Shown piece after piece: positions 24,845-38,120 of a stretch of DNA of 64,000 bases. The position numbers and the translations under genes were made by a program. This stretch comes from Callorhinchus milii (lineage: Eukaryota), in contig NW_024704743.1 of assembly GCF_018977255.1 (NCBI RefSeq), forward strand, positions 63,614,001 to 63,678,000, in the 5' to 3' direction. The notes beneath the pieces are model-generated. The model worked only from the letters and a program-made list of their open reading frames with translations, was not told the origin of the DNA and searched no databases. Position 1 is the first letter of the stretch, and each line of letters begins with the position of its first letter.

Positions 24845-25262
24845 TAATAATCCTTGCATTTAATATAGCACCTTATCAGGTCACGAAGACATTTCAATGG
24901 ACTTTACAGAATTTTACTGTCAGGTTAGGATGTGTATTTAGACACCCAGGTAGCTAATTTGCTCACAGGACTGTCCATTCCCAAACTACTGTGGAATTAA
25001 TGATCATTTTTATTTGGAGATTGTTGACCATGAGAAACTCCCTTCTCTTTTTGAATAATGCCCTGGGATCTTTCACATTGGGGCAGACTGGATCTTGGTT
25101 TCACCTGCAGAGATACACCCTCAATAATGCAGTGCTCCCCGAACACTGCACTGGAATGTCAGCTTACTCTATGAGTTCAAATTCCCAATGTTTAATTTAA
25201 CCCACGACCTTCTGTATCAGAGGCAATTGCGCTACCAACTGAGCCAGGTTGACCCCTGAAAT
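24845..25262 (-). mobile_element. Older DeuSINE
   Basis: Tail, Deu segment and tRNA-like head on the minus strand. Confidence 0.8.
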
Positions 25263-25879
25263 TAAACAATCAGATACTATTTATGCTACAACTAAATCAC
25301 AACTGGTCCAGAGTAAAAATGTGAAAATCTATTTACTCCAGTGAATTTACAGTAAAACCTCATCTTCATTAGAGTTGACCTTGACTCTAAACAGAACATT
25401 GGTGTAAGTCATCTTGAGTTAGGAACAAAAATTCAGGGCATGCATAAGATTGACAATTTAATCCGACAGTGAATTTAATAGTCAGACCTTGAGTAGCATC
25501 ACCAGCAGCAACAGAAAAACCGACTATTCCATTCTCACTCCTGTCTCTATGGTATTCATGCACATCTTAGAAAACTATATAACTCAGAATTCACCGATCA
25601 AATAAACAACCTTCGAATCAGCATTCTATTTTTTAGGAAAACTCAAAATTTCACAACAATCCCAAACCTGTATTCTCAAGGGTGTAGGGATTATATCTAT
25701 TTGGCACAAACACAATCTTCATATAGTATTTAAAAGGAAGTTTGGTGATATGCCATATTAAACTGATCATCTGCCACCATTCTAAACTCCTCATAATATA
25801 CACCAAGCCAATCCAGAACAAAATGGACCAATTCTGGTTCAGAGGAAATATTGGAACCCAGCCCTCCAGGTGGCAGGTC

Positions 25880-26244
25880 TAATAATAATCCTTGCATTTG
25901 ATACAGCGCTTTATAACATCTGAGACATCTCAAAGCGCTTCACAGAACATACTATAAAGTGAATTGACTGAATATTTTATGGGCAGCAGCCAATTGCACA
26001 CAGCAGTGACACACAAACAGTCATGGATTGAGTGACCAAATATTTTTTTTAAATTGAAGGGAATACCCGCTCCCAGAAAAGCAATCCACCAATCGACTAA
26101 CAACGGGGTTCCTACTTACTGCTAGGTAAACAGAGGCATATGGAGTAAGGAAACTTGCCTAACATTTCGCCTTGCCTGGGAATCAAACCCAGGTTATATC
26201 GCTTGTGAAGCAAATGCTCTAACCACTAAACTACAGGACTCCAC
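25880..26244 (-). mobile_element. tRNA/Deu SINE, long form
   Basis: Alignment to other copies. Confidence 0.9.
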
Positions 26245-27019
26245 TAACCTGCTGTCCAATCAAATGAAGGCAGTATCGTTCCCTATATGTTAACAGGTTT
26301 GAGCCATGCCCTCTCATTTGGAGCAGGCAGGAGAATGTGGCATTCCTAGTGTCTTTCCGAGATCTAAAGTCTATGACTAAACCATTCTAATTGCAGAAAG
26401 TGCATAAAATGCACAGTGGATTATTCAATCGCTGGAAAAGAAAGAATGGTTTGTGTTTTAAATGTGACCTTTCATCAGAACAAAAATGTGAACCCAACCT
26501 TCCCTTTCAGGCTCTCATTTTCCCAAGATGGAACACCTCACTTTCCTACAGTTCAAATATTGTAATTCCCCTGGATAAACTCCCCAGGAGAACAAAGGCA
26601 AGCAGGTTTGAGTGACAAGTAGTTTTTGGAGAGTCAATTCCTCAAACATCTGGCTGAGAACCAAGTGATAGACTAACTAATGTGCTGCTCTCCGAGAAAC
26701 AAGGAGAAATCAAGCTGTGTGTTGTGCATCAGAAGTGTGTCAGCTCAAGCAGTCAGCAATAATATTGCTGGAGAAAGGCGCTAAATTCAAACTCCATCAA
26801 AAGCTACAAAGATGATGGGGGTTGAACATTTCGGTTATGCCTGTTGTGCAGAAGGCTTTCACCAAAAGATCAATTGAAAAACACCACCTGCACTCCTGTA
26901 GAAAATGCACAGTCAAATCAAATCCCTACTCCCCACCCTTTCCCTCTATGTAAAAACCTGCATGTTTGCATAAATAACTCAATATGTATATTTATTCAAG
27001 TTAAAGGAGATAAAGAAAG

Positions 27020-27486
27020 ATAAAGGCAAAGGAGATTTACCAGGATGGTACCAGGACTTCAGTTCTCAGGAGAGGCTAGAGAAGCTAGAATTATTCTCCT
27101 TGGAGCAGAGAAGGTTAAGAGGAGACTTCATAGAAGTTTTCAAAATTACGAGGGGATTTGACAGGGTGAACAAGGAAAACTATTTCCACTGGCGAATAGT
27201 CAGTAGCCCGAGGACACCGATTTAAAATCGTTGTTAAAGAAACAGAGGGGTGAGGAGACATTTTTTCACACAGCGAGTTGTTTGGATCTGGAATGTATCG
27301 CCTGAAAGGGTGGTGGAAGCTGATTCGATAACAACTTTTAAGAGAGAAATAGATAATTATTTGGGGAGGACACGTTTACACGGCTATGGGGAGAATGGGG
27401 GAGTGGGATTGAATTGGATAGCTCTTTTCAAAGAGCCACAGACACGATGGGCCGAATGGCCTCCTTCTGTCTGTATAATTCTATGA
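27020..27486 (+). mobile_element. CR1 LINE 3' end
   Basis: RRHFFTQRVVWIWN.SPERVVEADSITTFKREID; gggccgaatggcctccttctg...attctatg. Confidence 0.92.
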
Positions 27487-28006
27487 TAAGCATTTCCTGT
27501 AAAGAGGCATCCTTGTGAAGGTCCACATCCTTATCATCAATCAGCCAGAAAAAAAATCAACAGTGATATTGACCTGTAATTTCATTCTTACAAATCTTCA
27601 CTAATGGAAAGCATAAGGCAATAATGGATGCTTACAGATATCCCAGCACTAAGAGTGCATTTTTCACCACATGTAGTATGTCCTACACATTAGTATGTCT
27701 AGCACTCAATTGTGGTTATAGATAGAAATAAATGTGAAAAAAACACTCAAAAGGAACAATAATCTAGGTAGCAGTGCTATGAATCAAAAGTACTCATAGC
27801 AATGTGTCCTAGGCTTTTAACCCAAACACTTTTCTAAATAAAATTACTGACAGGTTGACTTCTTGATTCATCAATTAGCAATGAAGTAGGTGTACTTGAG
27901 CTGGTGTAAATCAATGGAGATCCTCTTGAAGCGGGTGCACTTCCAAATCTGCCATCCTAGCTTACTCCCTAACAGGCCATTGAGTGTTATTCTTGTAAAA
28001 CGCTAT

Positions 28007-28491
28007 CATCATCACCATAACTTGTGGTTTCAAGATTGCAAAAACCACAGCCAGGATTTGGTGTTATCTTAAATAGTTCCTTGGCATTACAGGATGTTGA
28101 CAGGGGGCACTGCATCAGGTAATATTCAAGTGTTTGCCGAGGCTCTCCACATTCACATCTTGGGTCATTTCTCAGTTTCCATTTGGTCCTATTCTCACAA
28201 GTCTTTGCCATCCCAGCTCTCCCTCGATTTAGGCTACACAAGGGTTATGGCTCGAGATCAGTGCCTAGAGGGAGTGATTCTGAAAGAATCAGGTTCTCCA
28301 AGAACCTGTAGCCTCTCAGTGGTATTTTAGGGTAAGGGATCTGAAAACACGCACCGAGATAGCAATAGAAGACGCAGACATTGTCATAAATGGCCCTTTT
28401 CAAAAGACAGGACTCAAAATTGGCAGCTTCAATATGGAGGGATTCTCTGGAGGAGAAGGTTGATATCTGTCTGGCATGAAAGCAGACCTCG
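28007..28491 (-). mobile_element. Vingi/Ingi-like non-LTR retroelement, short, with inverted 5' segment
   Basis: 13-bp TSD tgtaaaacgctat (27994-28006, 28492-28504). Minus-strand C-terminal zinc-knuckle remnant LNRGRAG...WKLRNDPRCECGEPRQTLEYYLMQCPL with (TGA)n tail. Plus-strand APE N-terminus NGPFQKTGLKIGSFNMEGFS. Confidence 0.75.
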
Positions 28492-31400
28492 TGTAAAACG
28501 CTATGAAATGTTACCCATTGACATGTGAAAGGCGCTAACTACAAGATGCAAGATAATAGTTTCTCTCTTACTTGCTGAAGAACCCCTGTGCAATGAACAT
28601 CTGCAGAATCCAGCTCCAGCTTCATCATCTTTTCAGTAAACACAAAGAAATTTTCCTCCACAGAGGTTGTGTTGCACCATAACCCCACCCACACAGAGCA
28701 GTTTTTCCCAGCTTGCAGCATATCTTGTATTCATTCTACTTCATGCAGAAATCAAACATGGCATTTTAAATTGTTGACTTAGATTAGAATAGCATTTCAA
28801 TTTAATGGAAAAAGAGTCTGCCTTGTACAAAAGGCCCCAGTTCAAGAGGTGAATCAGGATTCAATTAATGAGTGAGCTGCATCACATTTTACGCTGGTGA
28901 AGTCAGAAGTGGGCCATGCCAAGTTATATATAAAATAAAATCAATCAAAAAAAAATTAAGTCAACCAAAGTTCAAATAAAAATGAGTCAGCTGGTCATCA
29001 AACTTGCTGTTGTTGGAGAAAAGTGGCGTAAGTACATTTCATCTGCTCCTTCAAGTCTGTTTTTAGCGAGACACATAGATGTGCTCATTTTTAATTGATG
29101 CGCTATGACTGGATAAACAGTGTTAGAGGGCTATTAAGCATTCAAATATGTCATGAGTATTAAGTCAGAAATACCTGATGATGTCAGAACTACTGCAAAT
29201 CAAATATGCCACATGAATTTGTTCTAACAATTTATACTTATTGTATTATAGAGGGGAAATTAAAGGCTGGTTACTAAACTATCAAGCTCTTCTTTCAAAA
29301 ATGTTTGAAATCAGATAAATATCTAACATACAATTTCTCTCCAGAACTACAGGGCGATTATTATACAAGACATTATAGCCAGGCAATTTGGCAAAGACCT
29401 AAGCACTTGCAGGTGACAGACGAAAAAGCAGTTCAGTTACTTGCAATACTAACTAATCTGAGTGCACAATTGTTGGATGACAAAATACTTGTTAAAAGAA
29501 ACAGAGGGGTGAGGAAAACCCTCTGGATGAAGAAAACTCGGACCACAAAGTTTACCCATGTTAACTTACTGTAGCCATGGATATTGTCTCATCACAAGAT
29601 GGTTACAAGGCATTGCTGTACAGGAACTGTGTACAGCTGCTAGCTGACTGGTATATAGATAATTCATTCTTCCAGTAATGGATTACCTTCCTCACAGTAC
29701 TATGAGCACAACCACAATCTTGAGCCCGAATTTTATATGTCCTGATGTAAATTCGAACACTTTTGTTGCTCAAAATGAATTTCACATAAAAACAGAGAGC
29801 AATAATTTTAGAGATGGTTAGGAGACTGCTTATTATTAAAATGGCATTCCCATCAGATCTAGGATTGTGTTTCTGTTAAATGGAAAATAGGAAGGTATTG
29901 TTAACAATAATCGTCGCATCTGATTAGCGCCTTATCACATCGTTGAGACGTCTCAAAGCGCTTCAAGAAATAGATTGTAAAGTGGATTGATTGTGTATTT
30001 TGTGGGCGAAACTGGCTTGTCACAGCTGGTAGCTTGCAATCTGACCCAGTCTAAGTCTGGTTCAGAGAAAATAGAAATTGATTTTTTTCACAACATCCTG
30101 CCTGGTCAGGTTTGCTGGCACATTTACTGCTTGGGTTCGAGGAAATCTCAGCAACTGATTGTAAGGCAGATCAATTTGGTGTTGAGCAGGAGCAGAAAAC
30201 CCTGCTCAGCAATGCTTTCGAGATTCTGTTCAGTTCTGCTGATGGCTCCTACATTTTGCCATAAATTTACATTTTGAAGATTGTGCATGGCAAAAAGAAA
30301 TCTACCTGGGAAATACTTCCCAGTAAGCACCAGTATCCTTTGATCAAGATATTTAAGCAAATAATCTCATACAATTAGGTTATTCCCTTATTTGATGGTG
30401 AGTAAATAAAGAAATAAATTATTATTTGAAGTCAGAGTTGGCACTTGTTTGAGCCCAAGTTTGATTATTCAGTTTGATTACGTAAGTTTTCTGGGCGTAT
30501 TAAGTTCCATTAGTTGTTGCGTAAAGTCCACCCTTTGACACCAGTTTTATTACTTCAACATCACAGGCGGAAATTACACATAAAATTTACCTTCAAATTC
30601 TACATGAAAGCACAAACAATCGCTCACATAGTACTTTGGCCAGAAGAAAAGATCACTTTGAAATGAAATGAAAGTAATGTAACAAAAGGGATGAAGCCTA
30701 AGGCTTTGTTCTCCTTTAAATCCTACTTCAAATTCCACTGGGAGCCACGTGCTTCCATAATGAACAATATTTCACCAGTGACCGAGAGTTCCAGGCATTT
30801 TGTCATCCGTGAGTTATGAGCTCTCCACACTCTTGAATGAACTGCTGTAACTCATAGGTGGTTGAGCCTCTTGTGCAGCAAACATTAAACATACATAAGA
30901 TGTTTTGCTGCAGACCGCAGGTATCACCCTTAGAGAACATGTTGCATTTTGTTTTCCCTGATCAATTAAAAAGTTTATTGTTTTTGCCTTATTGGTTAAA
31001 TATTTATCTCAAATTAAATAGTACATCCTGGCATTTACCTATACATTGACTGACAGCTAGCCAATTGCTAGGTTTATTATTTTCCTAATTGGTTTTATTG
31101 CTCTTTTGAGTTCATTTCCTTTTCCCTCAACTTCTTTCTACACCTTCCACATGTCTTGATTTTCAGGGAATACTAATGAGGCCTCTCCAGAGACAGAGGA
31201 AATAGTCAGAGCTTCTCTCCAGATTGTTCCACAAAACCGTGGTACAAACCACACAACACACAGCTCAGGGCATCAGACTACACAACCCACAAGCTGAAGG
31301 GCACTCCAAAGTCATAAGTTTCTCTTCTGTACAGTAATATTTTGAAGCGTGCTGAAATATGCTGGAAGATTTGGAACATCAAAAAAGTAGTACGCGTACT

Positions 31401-33499
31401 GTAATCAATGAGCTATCTTCATTTGAAAGATCAAGTAGCTTAATCCCATTGTTGCTTTTGGTCGAATACTGTTAGATCAGGATATGGTCATCATATTATA
31501 ACCAACACGGGACTCCCATATACACAGCTATAATTCAGTTTTTTATATTTAAAAATTGCTAATATTGGAAAAAATGGTCAACTCGATAGGATAATAAAAG
31601 AGGAAGTTACTTGAGGTCAATTGATGAGCTTTTTACAGCTTTTTTTAAGCAAACAATGATATAAAATGTGTGATATAGATGTGACTGGCTTTGTTTATTT
31701 CTCTCACACCATTATCGCAACTTAAGAAATCAGGCTACTTTTACCCAGGCCTATCCTTTGCAAACAGCTCAAATCCTTTACAAACAGTGCAGGAAACAAT
31801 TTCCTCAAAACTTCAATGATACTCTTCAATGGCAGAGTAGTTGCTGCATCAACTCCTGACAACATGGACACCAGATATGATTCACATCATCTACGAACAG
31901 GGTGGATAGCTTATTCAATTAGTCCACGACTGTTTGTGGGACACTGCTGTGTGCAATTGGTTGCCGCATTTCAGCCACAAAATATAGTCAATCCATTTTA
32001 CAATATATTCTGTGAAGGACTTTGAGACGTCTCAGAGTGCCTAGTACATCAAATGCAAGGATTATTATTATTATTCAATTTTGGAAAATCTGAGTGAAGT
32101 GCTGTTCAAGTATTGTGGAAGCTATTTCCTGTAGTTTCATCTAAGAGAAACTCATATTCACAGACATCAGAGAATCAAGGTTACACAGAGAAACAGAAAA
32201 ATAAGCTGGGAGAGACAACAAAGCAGTGATTTAATGGATTTCAAAAACCATGAAAGCTAAGCTCAAATAGTAATAAATGAATAAGTGTAACTCAGCATTA
32301 TTTCTACTGTCCAGCAAACAGCCGAGGAAGCCTTTTTACTGTAAATATCTCACCACAGTTTTTAATCTATTTTTGATCTGTTCTTGTGCTGACAGCAGCT
32401 GTCGGAGGGGGCACTGAAAGCCAGCACCATCTGAATCATTGATGTATGATAAGACGTGCACTGAATGCAGAACAATTGTAATGTAATCATTACAAATTAA
32501 TTTGCCGTTGAATACCTAGAAATTCTATGGCAAGTATAATAACTGTAGAGCAATCTGCACGTTCTACATAAGTTTGTGTAGATTACAAAATACCATTCAA
32601 GAAATGTAGGATGAAACTTTCGAAGACTACAAACATACTGAAGTTGTACTGACAACATTTATTAAAAATGTATCCTAGCAGTAGTTAATAAATTCCCACC
32701 ATACCTTACTGCAGTTAATTAAACCAATATATCATGCTTAAAGATTCATTCTGTCTATTCTATGGTCAATAAAAATTGGAGTGAAACACCATTGCAGCTT
32801 CATACGCAGCTTTATAGATTTCTCAATCCCTCCAGAAATATTAATTCCTAATTTAAAAATATTCATTTTTATTTATTTATTTTGCAGTGAGACTACAATT
32901 AAATACTGGGCAGGTCATATTGGATTGGATGAAACCACAAAACTGCTCATTTTAAAGATCTCAAACAGCCTTCACAAATGCAGACTTATGATTGAGTGTG
33001 ACTATCACCAAGGCAACCTTGCATGCAACATCTTTCATCCAGTCACTTAGGCACAATTCTATAACAATATTTCTGCCTTGTTCTATCTCTTCACATTTTC
33101 CCAGCAATCAGTAGACTACTGTGTACATTATAGCAATATATTATGTATACACATGCATACAGAATATATAGATCTCCACACTGAATTACTTGGTACTTGA
33201 CATTCTGGAATAGAAAAATTGGAAACTGCCACAAAGGAATTAATCATCTGTCCCCTTCCCCCTAAATCATTTTATTTGGTAAGCTAAGGATTTGTACTTT
33301 GAAGCTTTTTAAGATTTTGTTTTGCTAAAACCACTTCACTCCCAGCATGATGATTTCTTTGAAAAAATATGGGATAGGTGAAACCTGCAACAAATGCTGA
33401 AAATACTGGAAATACACAGCAAATAAAACAGCATCTGAAATAGAAAGATGGCTCTTTCATATATAGAGGGGAGGTGGAATAGCAGGACAAGACCAAGAA

Positions 33500-33800
33500 A
33501 ACAAAATGTATTTACATTTATATTGCGTTTTTCACATAGGATAATGTATCAGTGTGCTTCAACGACAGTGTCGGACACTGAACAAGGGATGAGAGGGAGG
33601 TGTCTGAAGGCACATTCGAAGAAAGAGGAAGTTCTTGAGGTTAGGGGTGTTGTTGCTGAAGGGTGGGCCACCACAGGCCCACGTTTGCTGAGCGTGGGGT
33701 TCTAGGGCGTGAAGTGATTTATTTGTGAGGACCTTGAAGTCCATCTGTTGGGAGACAAGAAGCTAGTGGAGTAGGGTGAGTACTGGGGTGATGGACATAG
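33500..33800 (-). mobile_element. Old L2 3' fragment
   Basis: DFKVLTNKSLHAL motif and tail remnant. Confidence 0.65.
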
Positions 33801-34489
33801 GAAGAAGTTTTTTTTTAAATGCCATGGGAGCAGTCAATGGAGGATTCATAAATATTACGTCATTGAAAGAAGTCTGAAGTTAAAAGTATATATATATACC
33901 TGTATATATCTGTGAATGGGTGGGGAAAAAGGGACAAAAAGTTAAACGAAATAAACAGTGATGGTAGAAATATGAACTAAAAACTGAATATGGTGATACA
34001 ACATAGAAAATAATATAGCAGAGTAAATACTATGATTTTTGACAGATCAATTTGTTTGTCAACCTATAACAACAGCATCAAGCATTGATGCATGTTGCTA
34101 CCCATCCAACTATCCAAAAGATTCCCTCAAATTCATCTCATCACCTAACAAACCTGAATTATTTTAATTTCAAGGAACCGGCCTTGTTCCTATTTGAAAC
34201 TATTACATTCTTGTCCCACAACTCGTTTGGCAGTTTAATCTTCATGCCCATCAGTCTTTTATTGAATTAACCTCTGAAACTAAAAAACAGGCCAACAGTG
34301 GATCATTAAAAGTAACCTTTCCACTTCTGCAGAGCTGACATGTCCACTGTTTCTCTGTTTATATTTCCCATCCTGGATTCTAGTTTCCTCACCGTGACTA
34401 GTTCCTAACACTGACCACTTAAATGGGAACAGGCTACTGTAGCACTACACAGGATCAGGAGTACAAGATGTGCACTATAATACTGCGTT

Positions 34490-34805
34490 TCATGGACCAG
34501 GAAGTTTCTCAGCAATAGCAAGCTAGGTGGCTTTAGTCGGTTAAACTCCAGCAAAACCAAATGTAAATTCTGAGATCCCCAAGCTTTGACTCTTTCTAGT
34601 TTTTTGAAGAGACAGGGGAGTTTCTCTTGGTGCCCTAGCCGACAAGTTGGTCATTCGCTCCGGAGAGAGTGTGTGCATTCTATTCCAGACCTAGGAACAT
34701 TTCCACTCCTAGGTGGCATACACATGTAGAACTCAGTCTAGTTGAATATTCGTAAGCATAGTGATTGATTTTTGTGTGTGTCAGACACCCAGCTGCCAAA
34801 ATTTT
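34490..34805 (+). mobile_element. Unclassified hairpin-rich repeat, copy 3 (opposite orientation, interrupted)
   Basis: ggagagagtgtgtgcattctattcc...gtgtcagacacccagctgccaaaa is the reverse complement of the other copies. Confidence 0.65.
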
Positions 34806-35854
34806 TTATAAACCGACGACATATTATGGAGGTAATCTGCCAAACTGATGAAAGCCAAGAGCTACAAAAAGACATTTTATTTAAAGCTTGAAAAGGATAT
34901 TCTCATATACATACTTCAACCTTAACCTCAGTAACAGAACTCTTTAAAATAGACACTTCTAATAGCAATAAGAAATATTTCTTCCATAACCCCAACCCCT
35001 TCCACACTCCATACTATCATCAGATTACATGCAATCTTTCCTCACAGATTTTTAGCTGTGCGTTTCTGCCTGAACCACAATCATACCTTCAACCAGAAGG
35101 GAAGAAGAGTCAGGGTTTCAGAGTCTTCAGGCACCCATAAAATATAAATTCACTTTACAGTATATTCTGTGAAGCACTTTGAGACGTCTAGAAGATGTGA
35201 TATGGCGCTATATCAAATGCAAGGATTATTATTATTATTATTATTAAGTATGCTTCAATCAGATGGGACTGGTCTCACCAGTTCGTCAGTGAACACCCAA
35301 TGCTGCATCAAGCTGGTTGATTGAGAGGCTGGGTTGAAGCTCAGTCTTCTCTGTCAGGGATATGATGCATTAACCTCCGGTTAGGAGTTCAAGTCTAAAA
35401 TTACCAAACTGGATTCAAAGCTTCAGTCTTGAATGGGAAAAAGAAATGGGGTGGGGCAAAGCAGGACTATTACTTAAGTTAAGTGAAAATAATTCTACAA
35501 TCCTGGTTGAGAATATTTTAAAATAAAACTACCAACAGTGTTGGCAATGCACTGACAAGGTTCATGTGTGAATAATTAAGTGAGATACTAGAGGGTGCCC
35601 ATGAAAATGCAATCCCAGTAAAGGAAACAACGCTTTCAGGAAAAGAGGAGCTGGAGTAGAATTGCAAATCTTTTAATTCAGCACTAACTTAACCACTCAC
35701 ATTTTGGTTATAGGCACTTTCTGGTCTTCATTACTTGTAAAAACATCACACTTTGAATCCTGATGCTTCTTGCTGCATAAGGGCACTAAACTGCTTGTTG
35801 CTATGTGGATTTGGCTGCCTTCTTTCAGACATTCTGTGCAATCAATGGAGCAAT

Positions 35855-36236
35855 GTGGAGTCCTGTAGCTCAGTGGTTAGAGCACTCGCCTCACAAGCAA
35901 GAGACCTGGATTCGATTCCCGGCAGGGTGAAATGTTGGGCAAATTTCCTTACTCCACAAGCCTCTGTTTACCTAGCAGTAAATAGGAACCCAGTTGTTAG
36001 TCGATTGGCGGATCGCTTTGCCAGAGGGTAATAATTCCTTCAAAACCAAAAATAATGAATTGGGTCACTTCAATCCACGACTGTTTGTGAGAGACTGCTG
36101 TGAGCAATTGGCTGCTGCGTTTCGCCCACAAATATACAGTCAATTCACTTTACAGTATATTCTGTGAAGCACTTTGAGTGGTCCAGAGGACATGAAAAGC
36201 GCTATATCAAATGCAAAGATTATTATTCTTATTATT
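35855..36236 (+). mobile_element. tRNA/Deu SINE, long form, full length
   Basis: Head, central module, Deu core and tail all present. Confidence 0.92.
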
Positions 36237-36466
36237 AAGCATTTATGTGTGAAAATGGGTATGGGTTTCTGACCTGTTCACCCGTGGAGTGACCTTGCAG
36301 TGACTTGACATGATTCGAGTGCCTGAAGTGTTATAGCGGAGTCTCTGTTTTGGTTTTCCCACTTGTGACTGTGACTTGATACTGAAACAATTTAGTCACT
36401 ACTTTATAGGACTAAACTAACATCCTATCACAAAATCCAGTCAGATTAAATACACACACATTTTAA

Positions 36467-37345
36467 ACAACAACAACAAATTACATTTGTAGAGCGTCTT
36501 TCAAGTCGGGAGGGCGTCCCAAGGCACTGGACAGACAGGGTTACGGACCCAAGCTGAGGGTCGTGGAGCGGGCAGGGTGGGGGGGGGGAAGCAGGGAGAT
36601 TGAAAGCATGGTCAAAGTGGAGGGTCTTGAGGTGGGTCTTGAAGGTGGCGAAGGAGGGGGCGAGACGGACGGACTGCGAGATGGAGTTCCAGAGGGTGGG
36701 GGCAGAGTGGGGGAAGGCGCATCCCCCGATAGTGGGGCGAACAAGGCAGGCTGGAGCCCGCTGAGCAGAGGGAGCAAACAGGGTGGTAGGGGGTTAGGAG
36801 GTAGGGGGGGAGCAAGACTGTGGAGGGCTATGAAGGTGAGGGATCTTAAACTGTATCTTCTGTATAATAATAATAATCCTTGCATTTGATATAGCGCTTT
36901 TCAGGTCTTCTAGACGTCTCAAAGCGCTTCACGGAATAGAATGTAAAGTGAATTGACTGTATATTTGTGGGAGAAATGCGGCAGCCAATTGCACACAGCA
37001 GTGTCCCACAAACGGTCATGGATTGAAATTACCAATTTATTATTGTTTTTTTTTTCTTGAGGGATTATTATTAGGCGTGTGGGGTAAGGAAACTTGCCCA
37101 AGGTTTCACACTGCCGGGAATCGAACCCAGGTCTCTCGCTTGCAAAGCGAGTGCTCTAACCACTGAGGAAGCCAGTGGAGTTGGGCAAGGATGGAGGTGA
37201 TAAGGTCACGGAGCCTAGTGCAGGAGAGGACAAGGATTGTAGAATTCTGGATGATCTGCAGCCTGTGGAGGGAGTTGTTGGAGAGGCCGACAAGCAGTGA
37301 GTTTGCATAGTCGAGCTTCGATGTAATGAAGGCGAGTATGAGGGT
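36467..37345 (-). mobile_element. L2 3' fragment interrupted by SINE
   Basis: L2 tail at 36467-36530; body resumes after 37167. Confidence 0.85.
36864..37167 (-). mobile_element. tRNA/Deu SINE, short form, nested in L2
   Basis: Alignment to other copies. Confidence 0.9.
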
Positions 37346-37774
37346 TCGTAAAATAAAAATTTACAAAGTGTAAAATCTTCATCTAATAATAATCCTTGCA
37401 TTTCATGTAGCGCTTTTCACGTTCTTCTAGTACTGTATTTCAGAAAATTATTTGCGCCCAAATATAAAAGTGGGCACCAGACTGGAACTCCTGCCCATTT
37501 CCCTCCTGTTATCTGTCAGAGGAAGACAACCACTGTCAAATATGAAAATGATTCACATGAATCACACCGGGCTGATGACTATGTCAAGTGTGACATTTTT
37601 ATCCTGATTCTAGCTCAGCCTGCAAACTTTCTTTACAATTCTCCAACAACTATCAACAACTATCCAACAACACTAGATGACACTGATTTCAATAATGAGT
37701 AAAGCTGCAGGTAATAATAAGAACTGCTTACACATTGGGAACTAATTTCTTTCCTTGCAAACTCTTTACTTGCA

Positions 37775-38120
37775 ATGGAAGTTCAAGTCCCACGTCGAGA
37801 CTTGGAATCACATAGTCTCAGCTGACACTGCAATGCCGTTGTTTGAGATGTTATCCTTTGGAAGAGGTGTCAACCGAGGTCCCATCCAGTTCAGGTGGAC
37901 TTTAAAGATACTATGGCATTACCCAAAAAGAGTCATTTCTCCTTGTGCCTTGGCCAATAATCCCCCAAATAAAATAGGTCATTCACTCCATGGCTGTTTG
38001 TGGAACATTGCTCTGCACAACTGGGTTTACCACAAACACAAAGCCACTCCACTTCACAGTAAATCCTGTGAAGAGCTTTGGGAAATTTACCCTATGTAAA
38101 AGGATTATGATATTATTAAG
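37775..38120 (+). mobile_element. Older DeuSINE
   Basis: gttcaagtcccac B box, Deu segment, tail. Confidence 0.7.

Noticed and set aside
28572..28628. Possible phase-0 first exon MMKLELDSADVHCTGVLQQ with CAA/gtaaga donor (minus)
   Set aside because: ATG-to-donor configurations are expected by chance many times in 64 kb; no homology support.
34845..34875. CTGATGA followed by agc/gct stem
   Set aside because: No GAAA box after stem II; cannot support a ribozyme.
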